Of a stretch of 64,000 bases of DNA, positions 42,231-52,563 are shown piece by piece; the first letter of the stretch is position 1, and each line of letters opens with the position of its first letter. The notes beneath the pieces were generated by a model. That model made no database searches and was not told where the DNA came from. It was given only the letters and a program-made list of their open reading frames with translations. Source of the stretch: Obrimoposthia wandeli (lineage: Eukaryota); the NCBI GenBank assembly GCA_977020255.1, contig CDROCS010006288.1, positions 1-64,000 on the forward strand, in the 5' to 3' direction. A program made the position numbers and the translations under genes.

Positions 42231-42489
42231 TTGTTTAAATTTTGTTGGCTTTTTACTCTTGAAATAGACAAAATTTAGTCGAAAGCTTACCATTCAAGTG
42301 AATTTTATCTTTGTATTCCCTACTTAACTATATGAAAAAATTTGATAAATACTGTTTTTTTAGTATTTTCTTATTAAGACTAGTATTCGTTATTCAGTTT
42401 CTCTATAATATGCCACCTTTTTCAGGATCCCGAGACGACGGTCTTGGGGAACAAATAGCTCGAGCTGAAATTAATATTGGAGTACTCAC

Positions 42490-42726
42490 ATGTCTAAAAT
42501 TTGCCAAGTAACAGGCAAAGTGCCAATGGTTGGAAACAACCGTTCTCACGCAAGAAACGCGACTCGTCGTCGTTTTTTACCTAACCTTCAATCTCACCGT
42601 TTTTGGGTTGAGAGTGAAAATCGTTTCGTTAAATTACGTTTAACTCCGAAAGGAATGCGTATTATCGATAAAAAAGGTATTGATGTAGTCTTAACTGACA
42701 TCCGTGCCCGTGGCGAAAAAGTTTAA
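42490..42726 (+). CDS. rpmB: 50S ribosomal protein L28
   Basis: [10 protein letters not shown]…TRRRFLPNL. Confidence 0.98.
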   Translation: MSKICQVTGKVPMVGNNRSHARNATRRRFLPNLQSHRFWVESENRFVKLRLTPKGMRIIDKKGIDVVLTDIRARGEKV

Positions 42727-42750
42727 TAACTTTATTTTAAGGAAATTATT

Positions 42751-42906
42751 ATGCGCGATAAAATTCGTTTAGTTTCTAGTGCTGGTACTGGTCATTTTTA
42801 TACTACAGATAAGAATAAAAAGACTATGCCTGAAAAAATGGAAATCAAAAAGTTTGATCCAACCATTCGTAAGCACGTAATCTATAAAGAAGCTAAAATT
42901 AAGTAA
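42751..42906 (+). CDS. rpmG: 50S ribosomal protein L33 (missing from ORF track)
   Basis: Hand translation [51 protein letters not shown]. Confidence 0.98.
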   Translation: MRDKIRLVSSAGTGHFYTTDKNKKTMPEKMEIKKFDPTIRKHVIYKEAKIK

Positions 42907-42922
42907 TTAATTTTATTTTTAT

Positions 42923-42950
42923 AAAAAACCCGGTTTTACCGGGTTTTTTT
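42923..42950 (+). terminator. rpmBG terminator
   Basis: aaaaaacccgg-tttta-ccgggttttttt. Confidence 0.88.
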
Positions 42951-43062
42951 ATGTCTGAAAAAAAGTATTAAACACATATACCTTTGTATCATAGCTGTTA
43001 TTCGCGCTATTCAATGAAAATTTCAGTATGATATCTTTACTCGATTTATTGGAATTATTTGT

Positions 43063-43563
43063 ATGAAATTATCTCGGACTGGCTGGAACAACGTCATTAT
43101 TTTTTCAGTTATGACTATAATTTTATTAATCAATGCGACCAACGATAAGCTTTTTCCTAATGAAGAAAGCGGTAACAATGGTGAGCGATTAATTTTGCCA
43201 CAGCATGGTGTTATTTTAACGCTAGCGATTGATTTTTCAGAAAGCCAACGTGTGTTATTAGAACGCGTTGGTCGTAGTTGGCAATTAACCGCTAAAGGTA
43301 TAATGCTGGAAAAAACGGAACAGCAGATTGAGCAGATGATGTTTGCTTGGCAACAGAGTAGCGGCTTAGTACAGGCAGCTGAAATTATGATTGATAGTGC
43401 TCAAGGTGTTGCAGTAAAAATTGCATTGGCTGGTGAATCACAGGTAAGAACCTTTATATTATACCCATTAGACGATCAATTATTAGTTTATCAGCAACAA
43501 GATAATATTTGGTTAGCACTACCTGCAACCTTAGCCCAACAACTATTACCTGTTAGTTTGTAA
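43063..43563 (+). CDS. Membrane-anchored hypothetical protein
   Basis: N-terminal TM (WNNVIIFSVMTIILLINA); upstream of mutM. Confidence 0.75.
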   Translation: MKLSRTGWNNVIIFSVMTIILLINATNDKLFPNEESGNNGERLILPQHGVILTLAIDFSESQRVLLERVGRSWQLTAKGIMLEKTEQQIEQMMFAWQQSSGLVQAAEIMIDSAQGVAVKIALAGESQVRTFILYPLDDQLLVYQQQDNIWLALPATLAQQLLPVSL

Positions 43564-43626
43564 CGTTCTGATTCAAAGTAATACCAATTGAAATAATAGT
43601 TACAATTGTATCGACGAGAAGAGATT

Positions 43627-44442
43627 ATGCCAGAATTACCAGAAGTAGAAGTGTGCCGCTTAGGTATAAGCCCTCATGTGATTGCTCAGGAAGTCAGTGA
43701 GGTGATTATTCGTAATGGACGCTTACGATGGCCTATCCCAGAAGAAGTCTGTTCTGTTGTTGGTTTACCTGTGCTTAAAGTTGATCGGCGTGCAAAGTAT
43801 CTGTTATTACGTTTTTCAACAGGAACTTTATTATTGCATTTAGGTATGTCTGGTACCATTAGGGTAATTGAACAAGATACCCCTGTAGCTAAACATGACC
43901 ACTTCGATCTAGTTTTTAAACATGGCAAGAGTTTGCGATTGAATGATCCTCGGCGCTTCGGTGCGGTGTTATGGTTAGCGAATGATGAAGATGAACTCGG
44001 CTTATTAGCGAAATTAGGACCAGAACCATTAAGTGATGATTTTGCTGAGGGCTACTTGTTTAATAAAGCAAAAAATCGCAAAGTACCTATCAAAACTTTT
44101 TTAATGAATAACCATGTCGTGGTAGGAGTTGGTAATATCTATGCTAACGAAGCACTGTTTCAAGCGGGGATTTTACCTACAGCGAAAGCAAAAGATATTG
44201 ATGAAAGCCGGATGAACAGTTTAACGACTATTATAAAAAAAGTGCTGAATGCTGCCATTGCACAAGGCGGCACTACGCTTAAGGATTTCACCCAAGCCGA
44301 TGGTCGGCCTGGTTATTTTGCCCAATCACTTATGGTATACGGTCGAGCAGGAGAAGCCTGTGTGACTTGCCAAACAAAATTACAGGAAATTAGACAGTCT
44401 AATCGTAGCTCTGTTTTTTGTCCTAGCTGTCAACAAGATTAA
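43627..44442 (+). CDS. mutM: Formamidopyrimidine-DNA glycosylase
   Basis: PELPEVE N-terminus, HLGMSG, DPRRFG, GVGNIYANE, C-terminal Zn finger. Confidence 0.98.
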   Translation: MPELPEVEVCRLGISPHVIAQEVSEVIIRNGRLRWPIPEEVCSVVGLPVLKVDRRAKYLLLRFSTGTLLLHLGMSGTIRVIEQDTPVAKHDHFDLVFKHGKSLRLNDPRRFGAVLWLANDEDELGLLAKLGPEPLSDDFAEGYLFNKAKNRKVPIKTFLMNNHVVVGVGNIYANEALFQAGILPTAKAKDIDESRMNSLTTIIKKVLNAAIAQGGTTLKDFTQADGRPGYFAQSLMVYGRAGEACVTCQTKLQEIRQSNRSSVFCPSCQQD

Positions 44443-44445
44443 TCC

Positions 44446-44922
<477 letters not shown>

Positions 44923-45155
44923 TTATTATATTTTTAACGGTTGTTAACTGTCATTGTAATGGGATAAGTAACGAACTGACAAGTATTTATGCTTTCAATT
45001 TTGCTGCTAAGTCATCGATAATCAACAAAATTGAATAATTAATCACAAAAAAAAGCAAAAAAACCTAAAGTATTTACTCAAAACACTTTATATATACTGA
45101 ATTTTGATAGTATTATTGAGCTAGTTTTAATCAAATCAAATTAAGAAGTAGCTGC

Positions 45156-45812
45156 ATGAAAACCCGTGATAAAATAATCCAAGCCAGTATTGAATTATTT
45201 AATGAGCAAGGAGAGCGTAATGTTACCACTAATCATATCGCTGCTCACTTAGCCATTAGCCCTGGTAATCTGTATTATCATTTCCGTAATAAAGAAGACA
45301 TTATTTTATCTATTTACGAAGAGTATGCACGTAGCTTGCTATTAGAGACCTTGCCAAAGGTCTCTTCGGAAGTAAAACCATTAGATTCACTTGTTTTGTA
45401 TATGGATTCTGTTTTTCAAACTACAATGAAATTTCGCTTCTTCTATAGCAATCTACCTGTGCTATTGGATAAAAATCCGATTTTGCGGGAAAAATATGTT
45501 GAAGTGCAACAGTCTATCTCAGAGCGAGTTAGTCAATTGCTTATTTCATTAAGAGCTGCTGATTATATTGACTTTAGTGATGATGAATTGGCTGATATTG
45601 TCAGTATTTTACGTCTTATTAATACGTTTTGGGTTAGTTTTCATCAAACTCAGACCATAGTGAATGAAGTTAATGACTCAGTATTCTACCAGGGTGTACT
45701 TAAAATATTAGTTATCTTACGTCCGTATACTAAAGCACATGCAATTAGTGAACTGAATCACGCTCGTGATGTGTACCAGCAAAGATATCGTGAAGAGGTA
45801 GAAACAGCTTAG
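45156..45812 (+). CDS. TetR/AcrR family regulator
   Basis: VTTNHIAAHLAISPGNLYYHFRNKEDI HTH. Confidence 0.92.
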   Translation: MKTRDKIIQASIELFNEQGERNVTTNHIAAHLAISPGNLYYHFRNKEDIILSIYEEYARSLLLETLPKVSSEVKPLDSLVLYMDSVFQTTMKFRFFYSNLPVLLDKNPILREKYVEVQQSISERVSQLLISLRAADYIDFSDDELADIVSILRLINTFWVSFHQTQTIVNEVNDSVFYQGVLKILVILRPYTKAHAISELNHARDVYQQRYREEVETA

Positions 45813-45818
45813 TTGTTA

Positions 45819-46847
45819 TTAAGCTGTTATTTTGAATTGAAAGTTGTCAGGTTTTTCATAACCTTGGCTGACATTGAAGTAAAAGTTTCCGATTCGTTGT
45901 GCTCGCTGTTGTACCTCATTCGTTTGTACAAACTCTATACTTTGATTCGAAGCTAGCTTTTGATTTGATGAACTAGAGGTAATAGCTTCTTGTGCCGATA
46001 ATGTTTGATTAATTAATGCATCAAACTCATTACTTTTATCATTATGATTATCATAAGGTATGGTGGGAGTAGTTTTGATGTTCAGATTATTATCTGTCGG
46101 GTCTGATTGAGTTGTCTTATTACTTTTGAGTGCCAATAGCTCAGATTGTGCAGCGAGAATATTTTGTGCTGCACTAGCGGCTACCCGAGTATCTTGTGTT
46201 GATGGGTTCGTAGGAGCCAATGCTGCAGCGTGTATTTTTTGCATCTTAATTATAGTTGCTTGTGGGTCACCTGCTACGTTGCTTAAATCTACTGCAACCT
46301 CACCATCCGTTACATATTTTTTTCCGTCAGGGCCAATTTCAAAAGTATATGAAGGTGAGCCTGTGGCAGCACCACCTGCTGTTGCGTGAGCTAACTCATG
46401 CGTTCTGACTTCTTTATCTCTTTGTTGCAACTGAGTAATAATTTTTTCGTCAGCGTGTACTTGTTTGCTGTTTTTGTCAGCTATATCATTATCTGATGTG
46501 CTGCTGTTAGTGTTCGAATGTTGGTCTTCTTGGTTTTGCTGAGAGCTCTGTTCGTCTTGCTGAGATTTACCTTGTTGATTGCCTTGCTGGTTTTCTTGCT
46601 CAGAAATAGAGCTAGCAGCATGCTCTGCTTGTTTTCTTAAATTAGCAAAATCGACTTGTTCGTTTGCTTGAGCAGGTGTACGAGCTCGATCTTTATCTGA
46701 AGCGACACCTTTTTCAGCTGCGGATGGATTGGTCGCGGCAACTTGGGTGATAATTTCTCGTTGATGATTCTCACGACGTAAGCCTTCCGTAGGCGGATTG
46801 ACTACGGTGGCTAGGGGTAAGTTTGCTGTATGCGGGGTAATATTCAT
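45819..46847 (-). CDS. SprA-related (CJM1_0395-type) putative metalloprotease
   Basis: RDKEVRTHELAH (HExxH), GPDGKKY…GEV..D, ALAP..PS.QD..VAA; Q/S-rich linkers. Confidence 0.8.
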   Translation of the reverse strand: MNITPHTANLPLATVVNPPTEGLRRENHQREIITQVAATNPSAAEKGVASDKDRARTPAQANEQVDFANLRKQAEHAASSISEQENQQGNQQGKSQQDEQSSQQNQEDQHSNTNSSTSDNDIADKNSKQVHADEKIITQLQQRDKEVRTHELAHATAGGAATGSPSYTFEIGPDGKKYVTDGEVAVDLSNVAGDPQATIIKMQKIHAAALAPTNPSTQDTRVAASAAQNILAAQSELLALKSNKTTQSDPTDNNLNIKTTPTIPYDNHNDKSNEFDALINQTLSAQEAITSSSSNQKLASNQSIEFVQTNEVQQRAQRIGNFYFNVSQGYEKPDNFQFKITA

Positions 46848-46859
46848 GATGAAATATTA

Positions 46860-47162
46860 TTAGGCGGTTACATCAAGTAGGGTGCCGAGTGAATCATCAG
46901 CACTTTTAATTACTTCTGTTGAAGCTTTCGCTTGATACTCAGCCACTTTCAAATTGACTATCGCTTGGTTTAAATCAGGCAATTCTATATTGTTACTTGG
47001 ATTGCTTACCTCAGTGTTAACCTCACCATTATTGGCAGGGTTCTTTTGCGGCTCATCACTCAAAGTAGTACTGGCGACAATATCCGCAGCAGCTTGATCA
47101 GCTGTTGCTCTCGCATTTTGTAAACCTTGTAAACCTGAATTCATTGCAGATGGTATTTCCAC
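46860..47162 (-). CDS. Small protein resembling the fused N- and C-terminal helices of flagellar rod/hook proteins
   Basis: SAMNSGLQGL…AAADI N-terminal helix; DLNQAIVNL…YQAKAS.EVIKSADDSLGTLLD C-terminal helix; GTG start with agagg RBS. Confidence 0.65.
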   Translation of the reverse strand: MEIPSAMNSGLQGLQNARATADQAAADIVASTTLSDEPQKNPANNGEVNTEVSNPSNNIELPDLNQAIVNLKVAEYQAKASTEVIKSADDSLGTLLDVTA

Positions 47163-47241
47163 AGGTAAGCCTCTATTGTTAATAAGCTATTTTGGTTAAT
47201 TATTAATCTAAACAACAAAAAAGTAAAGGTGAAATTACCTG

Positions 47242-47508
47242 TATACCCGCTCCACTTAAAGATGCTCGTTTCAGGAAGTCTGAGCGACTCATAATCAAGG
47301 CGCATTTTTTTATTAAGGGTCATTCCCTTAAAAAGAAATGTAACGCAGAGTATGGTTTGCTCAGCCTTCCCCAAGGGGCTGGTTTATAAACGCTTTATGC
47401 TACGTTATTGATTTCGACAATAGAATAACTATTCTCTTCAATCAATGCCTTGCCTAAAGGCGTTTCTAATGCCAGCTGGATCATGCATCTTCAAGTGGAA
47501 CGGGTATA
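47242..47508. mobile_element. 267-bp ERIC-like MITE (family A, full length)
   Basis: TATACCCgctccacttaaagatgc…gcatcttcaagtggaacGGGTATA; colinear with 9615..9881. Confidence 0.85.
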
Positions 47509-47532
47509 TATAAGGCAACCTCGTTTATGATG

Positions 47533-48354
47533 TTAGTTAAAGTGTGAATCAAGCCAAACGACTAATACCTGATAAAAATCATCAAGGTGAGAAATAAATG
47601 GTGCATGGGAAGCATTAGCAAATAAGTGTTGGTCACTATTGGGCGCTAAATAACTAATTTTTTCGATCACTTCTTTGGGCACTAAGCTATCGTTATGTCC
47701 GTATAACCGTAGAAGAGGTTGCTTGATTTTTGATAAGTGTTGTCGGAGATCACAGTGACTTAATAAGGCGAGTGAGTCAGCTAAAGTTTGCTGACTAGGG
47801 AGAGTATGCGCCATTACTAACTGGGTAATTAGTTTTAAGTCTTGTCGGATATGAGGGCTGCCCATTGCTTGAATCTTTAAAAATCCACTAATTGTTTTCG
47901 CAGTATCTTGCGCCAATTGTTTATGAAAGCTCTCTAATACATTCTCTTTTATACCCGGCCAGTTATCTATCGGTTGTTCGACAAAATATGGGCTACTGGC
48001 AACAGTAATTGATGCTAATACTTTTCCTGGGTACTTAAAAGACATTTCCGTCGCAATTAAGCCGCCTAATGACCAACCAAGGTAAATGGCCGGCTGGTCA
48101 ATTACTTGGTCGATATGGTGGCAAATATTTGCTAGTGAGTAAGGTTTTATATCAACAGCACTATTGATACCAAAGCCTGGTAGATCAATGGTTATGAGTT
48201 GGTAGTTATTCTCGTTGTTTGCATGGAATAATTCTAACAGAGGTTGCCAAACACCTGAATTTAACCCCCAACCATGAAGGAGGACAATAGGAATTACATT
48301 TTTTTTGAGTGTATTATTAGGAGAAAATGTGGAAAATTTTAAGCTTTTTGCCAT
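47533..48354 (-). CDS. bioH: Pimeloyl-ACP methyl ester carboxylesterase
   Basis: LHGWGLNS, GWSLGG nucleophile elbow, DSLVP, SHAPF; divergent from comF. Confidence 0.93.
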   Translation of the reverse strand: MAKSLKFSTFSPNNTLKKNVIPIVLLHGWGLNSGVWQPLLELFHANNENNYQLITIDLPGFGINSAVDIKPYSLANICHHIDQVIDQPAIYLGWSLGGLIATEMSFKYPGKVLASITVASSPYFVEQPIDNWPGIKENVLESFHKQLAQDTAKTISGFLKIQAMGSPHIRQDLKLITQLVMAHTLPSQQTLADSLALLSHCDLRQHLSKIKQPLLRLYGHNDSLVPKEVIEKISYLAPNSDQHLFANASHAPFISHLDDFYQVLVVWLDSHFN

Positions 48355-48425
48355 GCTTATTACTGCACTATAATTATCATGGTATTAGTTTATATCATAT
48401 TGGATGATAGCAAAAGGTAAGCAAT

Positions 48426-49208
48426 ATGGCATGGAAGCTAGATTCAGATATCTTTAAGCGGTATTACACCGATGCACTCAAGAGTATTAGCTGTTGTGAT
48501 TTGTGTGGTGCAAACGTCAGTAATAGTTATCTACTTGGTTATTCGCTATCACAAGCACTACTCTGTCAGTCTTGTGTAAATGATTTACCCTATTTCAATC
48601 AAAGTCTAATCGCAGGTAATTTATTAAATTGGCCTGCGGTTCACCGTGCTTTACCCAATATTCATTTTGAACATCTTTTCGCATTATCACCTTATATTTA
48701 CCCCTTTAACAAATGGTTAGCTCAAATGAAATACTTAGGGCGTTTTGAGTTAGCAAATTTATTTAGTGCTTTACTCTGTGCTCAGTGGCAAGTAATGAAC
48801 AAAACCATTACCCCTATTGATTTAGTGCTATCAGTACCCTTACATATTAAGAAATGGCAGGTTCGTGGTTATAACCAAGCGCATCTCATTGCAAAGTCCT
48901 TTGCTGGGACATTGTCATTACCCTATGATGCCAACTTAGTGGTGAGAGTAAAAAATAATGATAGCCAGATGGGAAAAACGGGCAGTGAACGACGAAAAAA
49001 TTTAGCCAACGCCTTTGTTTTACAGGGAAAGCTAGTAAGCCATATCAAACATGTTCTGATTGTTGATGATGTGGTTACAACGGGCACCACAGCTAGTGAG
49101 ATAAGCAAACTGTTAAAACAAGCTGGTGTTGAAACCGTTACCTTAGTAACGGTTTGTTTAACGTTGCCTAACGCGAAGAAGAACGGAGGCGTACATGGTA
49201 AATTGTAA
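48426..49208 (+). CDS. comF: ComF/GntX family phosphoribosyltransferase-like protein
   Basis: N-terminal CxxC…CxxC, RGYNQA, R.KNL..AF, IVDDVVTTGTT. Confidence 0.88.
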   Translation: MAWKLDSDIFKRYYTDALKSISCCDLCGANVSNSYLLGYSLSQALLCQSCVNDLPYFNQSLIAGNLLNWPAVHRALPNIHFEHLFALSPYIYPFNKWLAQMKYLGRFELANLFSALLCAQWQVMNKTITPIDLVLSVPLHIKKWQVRGYNQAHLIAKSFAGTLSLPYDANLVVRVKNNDSQMGKTGSERRKNLANAFVLQGKLVSHIKHVLIVDDVVTTGTTASEISKLLKQAGVETVTLVTVCLTLPNAKKNGGVHGKL

Positions 49209-49210
49209 AC

Positions 49211-51787
49211 CTATTTATATGGCGCAGAAAAAGCTTTGCTAAAAAATAAACTGTTAGCTAGTAATTTTGCACTGCCATGCCAATAACCTCTAAATGCTAG
49301 TACCTCTGTTGTTGCTATTACTCGGCCTTTGCCGACATTGTGAGCAACAATCGCGGCATTATGTGCCAATCGATTAACTAAGTTTTTGTCAGTATAACCA
49401 CTTAGCAGTGGTGCTGGCGTATATTTTGCTAATGTTATAAACGGCTGTTGGGGATGCTCCATTATCAAATTACTATTACGAAATAAGGGCAACAAGCTTT
49501 GCTGGTAGCCATAAGCTAATGGATGGCTAATATCTAACTCTACTTGGAAAATAGCGCCGGCAATGCGTTTACGACTAGCTAGGCTTTCTTTATCTTGATA
49601 GTTGAGTTTTTCATGATCAAATAATTGGTTTATCTGCTCTTTAGTAACAAACCTAGCACGTAAAATTTCTTGTTTTGCTAACCAAAGAGACGCACGCTTT
49701 TGACTAATTATCACTCCCCCTTGTTTAACCCATGTTTTTATTTTCTTAGCCGTATGATCAGTAACATGCTGGTAATCACCATCAACGAGAATGATATGGC
49801 TATAGCTTGATAAGTCGACTTGTCTTAATTGGCTATGGTCGATAATAGATAGTGGGATATTAAGTGTTTCATCGAGATAGAAGCGGACTTCACCTGCTTC
49901 GTATTGCGATATGCCAGTCCCCCCTAATAAAAGTGTTTTAGTCTTACTAATTGGCTTTAACGAACTACTACCAATATCAACCCCTTTCATGGTCAAGCCG
50001 GTACTAATACTGCTCAACTTAATACCAGTACTATTACTGGCGGAAATTAAGGCCTCTTGCCAATTTTCGGTTTGTTGAATACCTGCGGGAATCACTATGC
50101 TACCCGCTTTAAAGTGCTTGGTTTCGCCATCGATTAAACTTGTGAAAGGCTTAGTTGCCACTTTTGCTTTGATATTACTGTTTAGAAGGTTATTGAGTAA
50201 TTTAGGAGCTAAAAAGTGATGCCATTCAAAGATATAGCCATAAGCGGATATGCTTTTACTGTTTGGTTTGGCCGTTGCAGGCATGGTCCAAACTTGTTTC
50301 GCTAGCTTTAGTCTACGAGTACGGTTTACTGGGATAGATTCAATATTCATAGCCAAAGGCATTGTCCAACCAGAAACATCATAAAAAGTATTATCTTTAA
50401 AGTTCGTTTGTTGATTAAACAAAGCTTGAATTAGTCGAAACTGAGGTTGAGCAAGAGGTACGTAATAGCTGTTATCTTTCTGATATTTAGTATCTTCAAA
50501 TTCAAAGTCAGCGATCAACGGATAAACCTTAATTTTATGCTGCGCTAGTTTGGACAACAAAGTATTGAGGCGAAATTTATCGCTACTTTCGTGCAATAAA
50601 TATCCTGTGAAATCTTCTTTTTTTGCTAGTTTATTACTTTGTTGATAAAACTCACTGCGGTATTGCTTCAATTTTTTTCTATTTTCCCAAGCACCATTGA
50701 TGGTAGAAAGTGAGGTGGTCACATGGTTTTCTATACTAAACTCTAAAGTCAGTAAGCCATTAATTGTTTCTTGCTGCATGCCTCTAGCACTAGCTTGTTC
50801 GAATAATATGCCTATGCTGCCATTAATATCAGGATAGGTTGAGCCCTTACCGTAGTAAAAATCATCGAAATTCTCTTCGCTATAATAAAGACGTTTCTGT
50901 TTATCTAATGCTGAAGCATGAAATTTTGACAATGTTGTTGTTAAGTCGACATTTCTTTTCGGGGTCAGTGGGTGAGTCCGACTTGGGACGCCAGGTTGAA
51001 AAAAGTAACTGCTGTTATGACCCATTTCATGAAAATCACCAACAACATGGGGTTGGTATTGATGGAAGTACTTTAATCGGTGTTGGCTTTCTTGTTGAGA
51101 GAGTAATAACCAGTCGCGGTTCAAGTCAAACCAGAAGTGATTGGTGCGCCCTGTAACCCAACTCTGGTGGTGCTCTATATGGTTGGCATCACTATTGTCA
51201 CTAGAGTTGCGATAAGTACTAACCCAATTAACAAACCTATCCATACCGTCAGGGTTAATACTAGGCTCCAGTACGATCACGGTATTGGCAAGTAATTCAA
51301 CCATCTTTTCATCGGTACTGGCTGCTAAATAATAAGCGACTATCATGGCTGCATTAGCACCACTTATTTCATCACCGTGTACGCTATAACCTAACCAAAT
51401 AACTAAGGGGGCTTTGTCGGATTTTTGGTTTTCAAGCTGATCTTTATTTTGAGAAAACATGTCACGTTCACTGAGAATATTAGACAAATTTGCTAAGTTT
51501 TTAGGGCTAGAAATGGTAACCAGTAACTGTTCTCGCTGCTGAGGTGTTTTCCCCATCGACGTAATATTTACACGCTCAGAATCCTTCGCCAACTGATAAA
51601 AATAGCTTTTTAGTTGATCATGTCTAACATGGCGTTGGCCAATTTCAAATCCCAAGCTGTTACTTGGTAAGGATATTTTGCTATTAAATTTGCTACCTGC
51701 AGGTAAGTAATCTTGCGCAGGCATGGCAATAATCCAGCTGGAGCAGAGCAGAGTAATGGATAAAATCAGAATTCGTAAAAGTAACAT
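49211..51787 (-). CDS. Secreted M14 zinc carboxypeptidase-family protein
   Basis: Signal peptide, SVHGDE, NPDG, DLNRD, DFHEM, FDDFYYGKGSTY. Confidence 0.88.
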   Translation of the reverse strand: MLLLRILILSITLLCSSWIIAMPAQDYLPAGSKFNSKISLPSNSLGFEIGQRHVRHDQLKSYFYQLAKDSERVNITSMGKTPQQREQLLVTISSPKNLANLSNILSERDMFSQNKDQLENQKSDKAPLVIWLGYSVHGDEISGANAAMIVAYYLAASTDEKMVELLANTVIVLEPSINPDGMDRFVNWVSTYRNSSDNSDANHIEHHQSWVTGRTNHFWFDLNRDWLLLSQQESQHRLKYFHQYQPHVVGDFHEMGHNSSYFFQPGVPSRTHPLTPKRNVDLTTTLSKFHASALDKQKRLYYSEENFDDFYYGKGSTYPDINGSIGILFEQASARGMQQETINGLLTLEFSIENHVTTSLSTINGAWENRKKLKQYRSEFYQQSNKLAKKEDFTGYLLHESSDKFRLNTLLSKLAQHKIKVYPLIADFEFEDTKYQKDNSYYVPLAQPQFRLIQALFNQQTNFKDNTFYDVSGWTMPLAMNIESIPVNRTRRLKLAKQVWTMPATAKPNSKSISAYGYIFEWHHFLAPKLLNNLLNSNIKAKVATKPFTSLIDGETKHFKAGSIVIPAGIQQTENWQEALISASNSTGIKLSSISTGLTMKGVDIGSSSLKPISKTKTLLLGGTGISQYEAGEVRFYLDETLNIPLSIIDHSQLRQVDLSSYSHIILVDGDYQHVTDHTAKKIKTWVKQGGVIISQKRASLWLAKQEILRARFVTKEQINQLFDHEKLNYQDKESLASRKRIAGAIFQVELDISHPLAYGYQQSLLPLFRNSNLIMEHPQQPFITLAKYTPAPLLSGYTDKNLVNRLAHNAAIVAHNVGKGRVIATTEVLAFRGYWHGSAKLLANSLFFSKAFSAPYK

Positions 51788-51877
51788 CTAGATGACCTCG
51801 GTATTTGACTTCTATAAAGTATCAAACAAAAGCGTAAAAATCATTAGCACATAACTAAATAGCAGCGTAAAATGATC

Positions 51878-51902
51878 ATACTTGAGTAAAACAGTCAGGT
51901 AT
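51878..51902. promoter_or_regulatory. IscR type-1 binding site upstream of nfuA
   Basis: ATACTTGAGTAAAACAGTCAGGTAT matches 24 of 25 positions of ATASYYGACTRWWWYAGTCRRSTAT. Confidence 0.8.
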
Positions 51903-51972
51903 TTTTTCAACTGATTACTTTAAAGTAATTTTAAAGTAATAAAAGTATCCGAGAGAAAAGAGAGCTAACACC

Positions 51973-52551
51973 ATGATCACTATTTCAGAAAATGCTCAAC
52001 AGCATTTTATTAAATTACTTTCGCAACAAGCTGAAGGTACCCATATTCGAGTTTTTGTTGTAAATCCTGGCACAGCGAAAGCTGAATGTGGCGTTTCATA
52101 TTGTCCGCCTGACGCGGTTGAAGCCGATGATATTCAACTGCCATTTGAAGGCTTTTCAGCGATGGTTGATGCTGACAGTAAAGGCTTTTTAGAAGACGCA
52201 GAAATTGATTTTACGACTGATCAAATGGGCTCACAGCTTACTTTGAAAGCACCAAATGCTAAATTACGTAAAGTTGCTGATGACGCGCCACTATTTGAAC
52301 GCGTTCATTATTTCTTACAAGCTGAAGTTAACCCTCAGTTAGCAGGTCATGGCGGCGAATGTACCTTAGTCGAAATTACCGACGATGGTTATGCTGTATT
52401 GCAATTTGGTGGTGGCTGTAATGGCTGTGCACAAATTGATGTCACGGTAAAAGATGGCATTGAAAAGCAATTGATTGAATTAATGGCTGGCGAAATTAAA
52501 GGCGTTAAAGATGCTACAGAGCATGAACGTGGTGACCATTCGTATTACTAA
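51973..52551 (+). CDS. nfuA: Fe/S biogenesis protein NfuA
   Basis: N-terminal degenerate A-type domain; [17 protein letters not shown]. Confidence 0.97.
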   Translation: MITISENAQQHFIKLLSQQAEGTHIRVFVVNPGTAKAECGVSYCPPDAVEADDIQLPFEGFSAMVDADSKGFLEDAEIDFTTDQMGSQLTLKAPNAKLRKVADDAPLFERVHYFLQAEVNPQLAGHGGECTLVEITDDGYAVLQFGGGCNGCAQIDVTVKDGIEKQLIELMAGEIKGVKDATEHERGDHSYY

Positions 52552-52563
52552 AATTTAGTTCGT

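Noticed and set aside
47141-47374. 77-aa minus-strand ORF
   Set aside because: It begins inside the MITE and overlaps the real downstream gene in another frame
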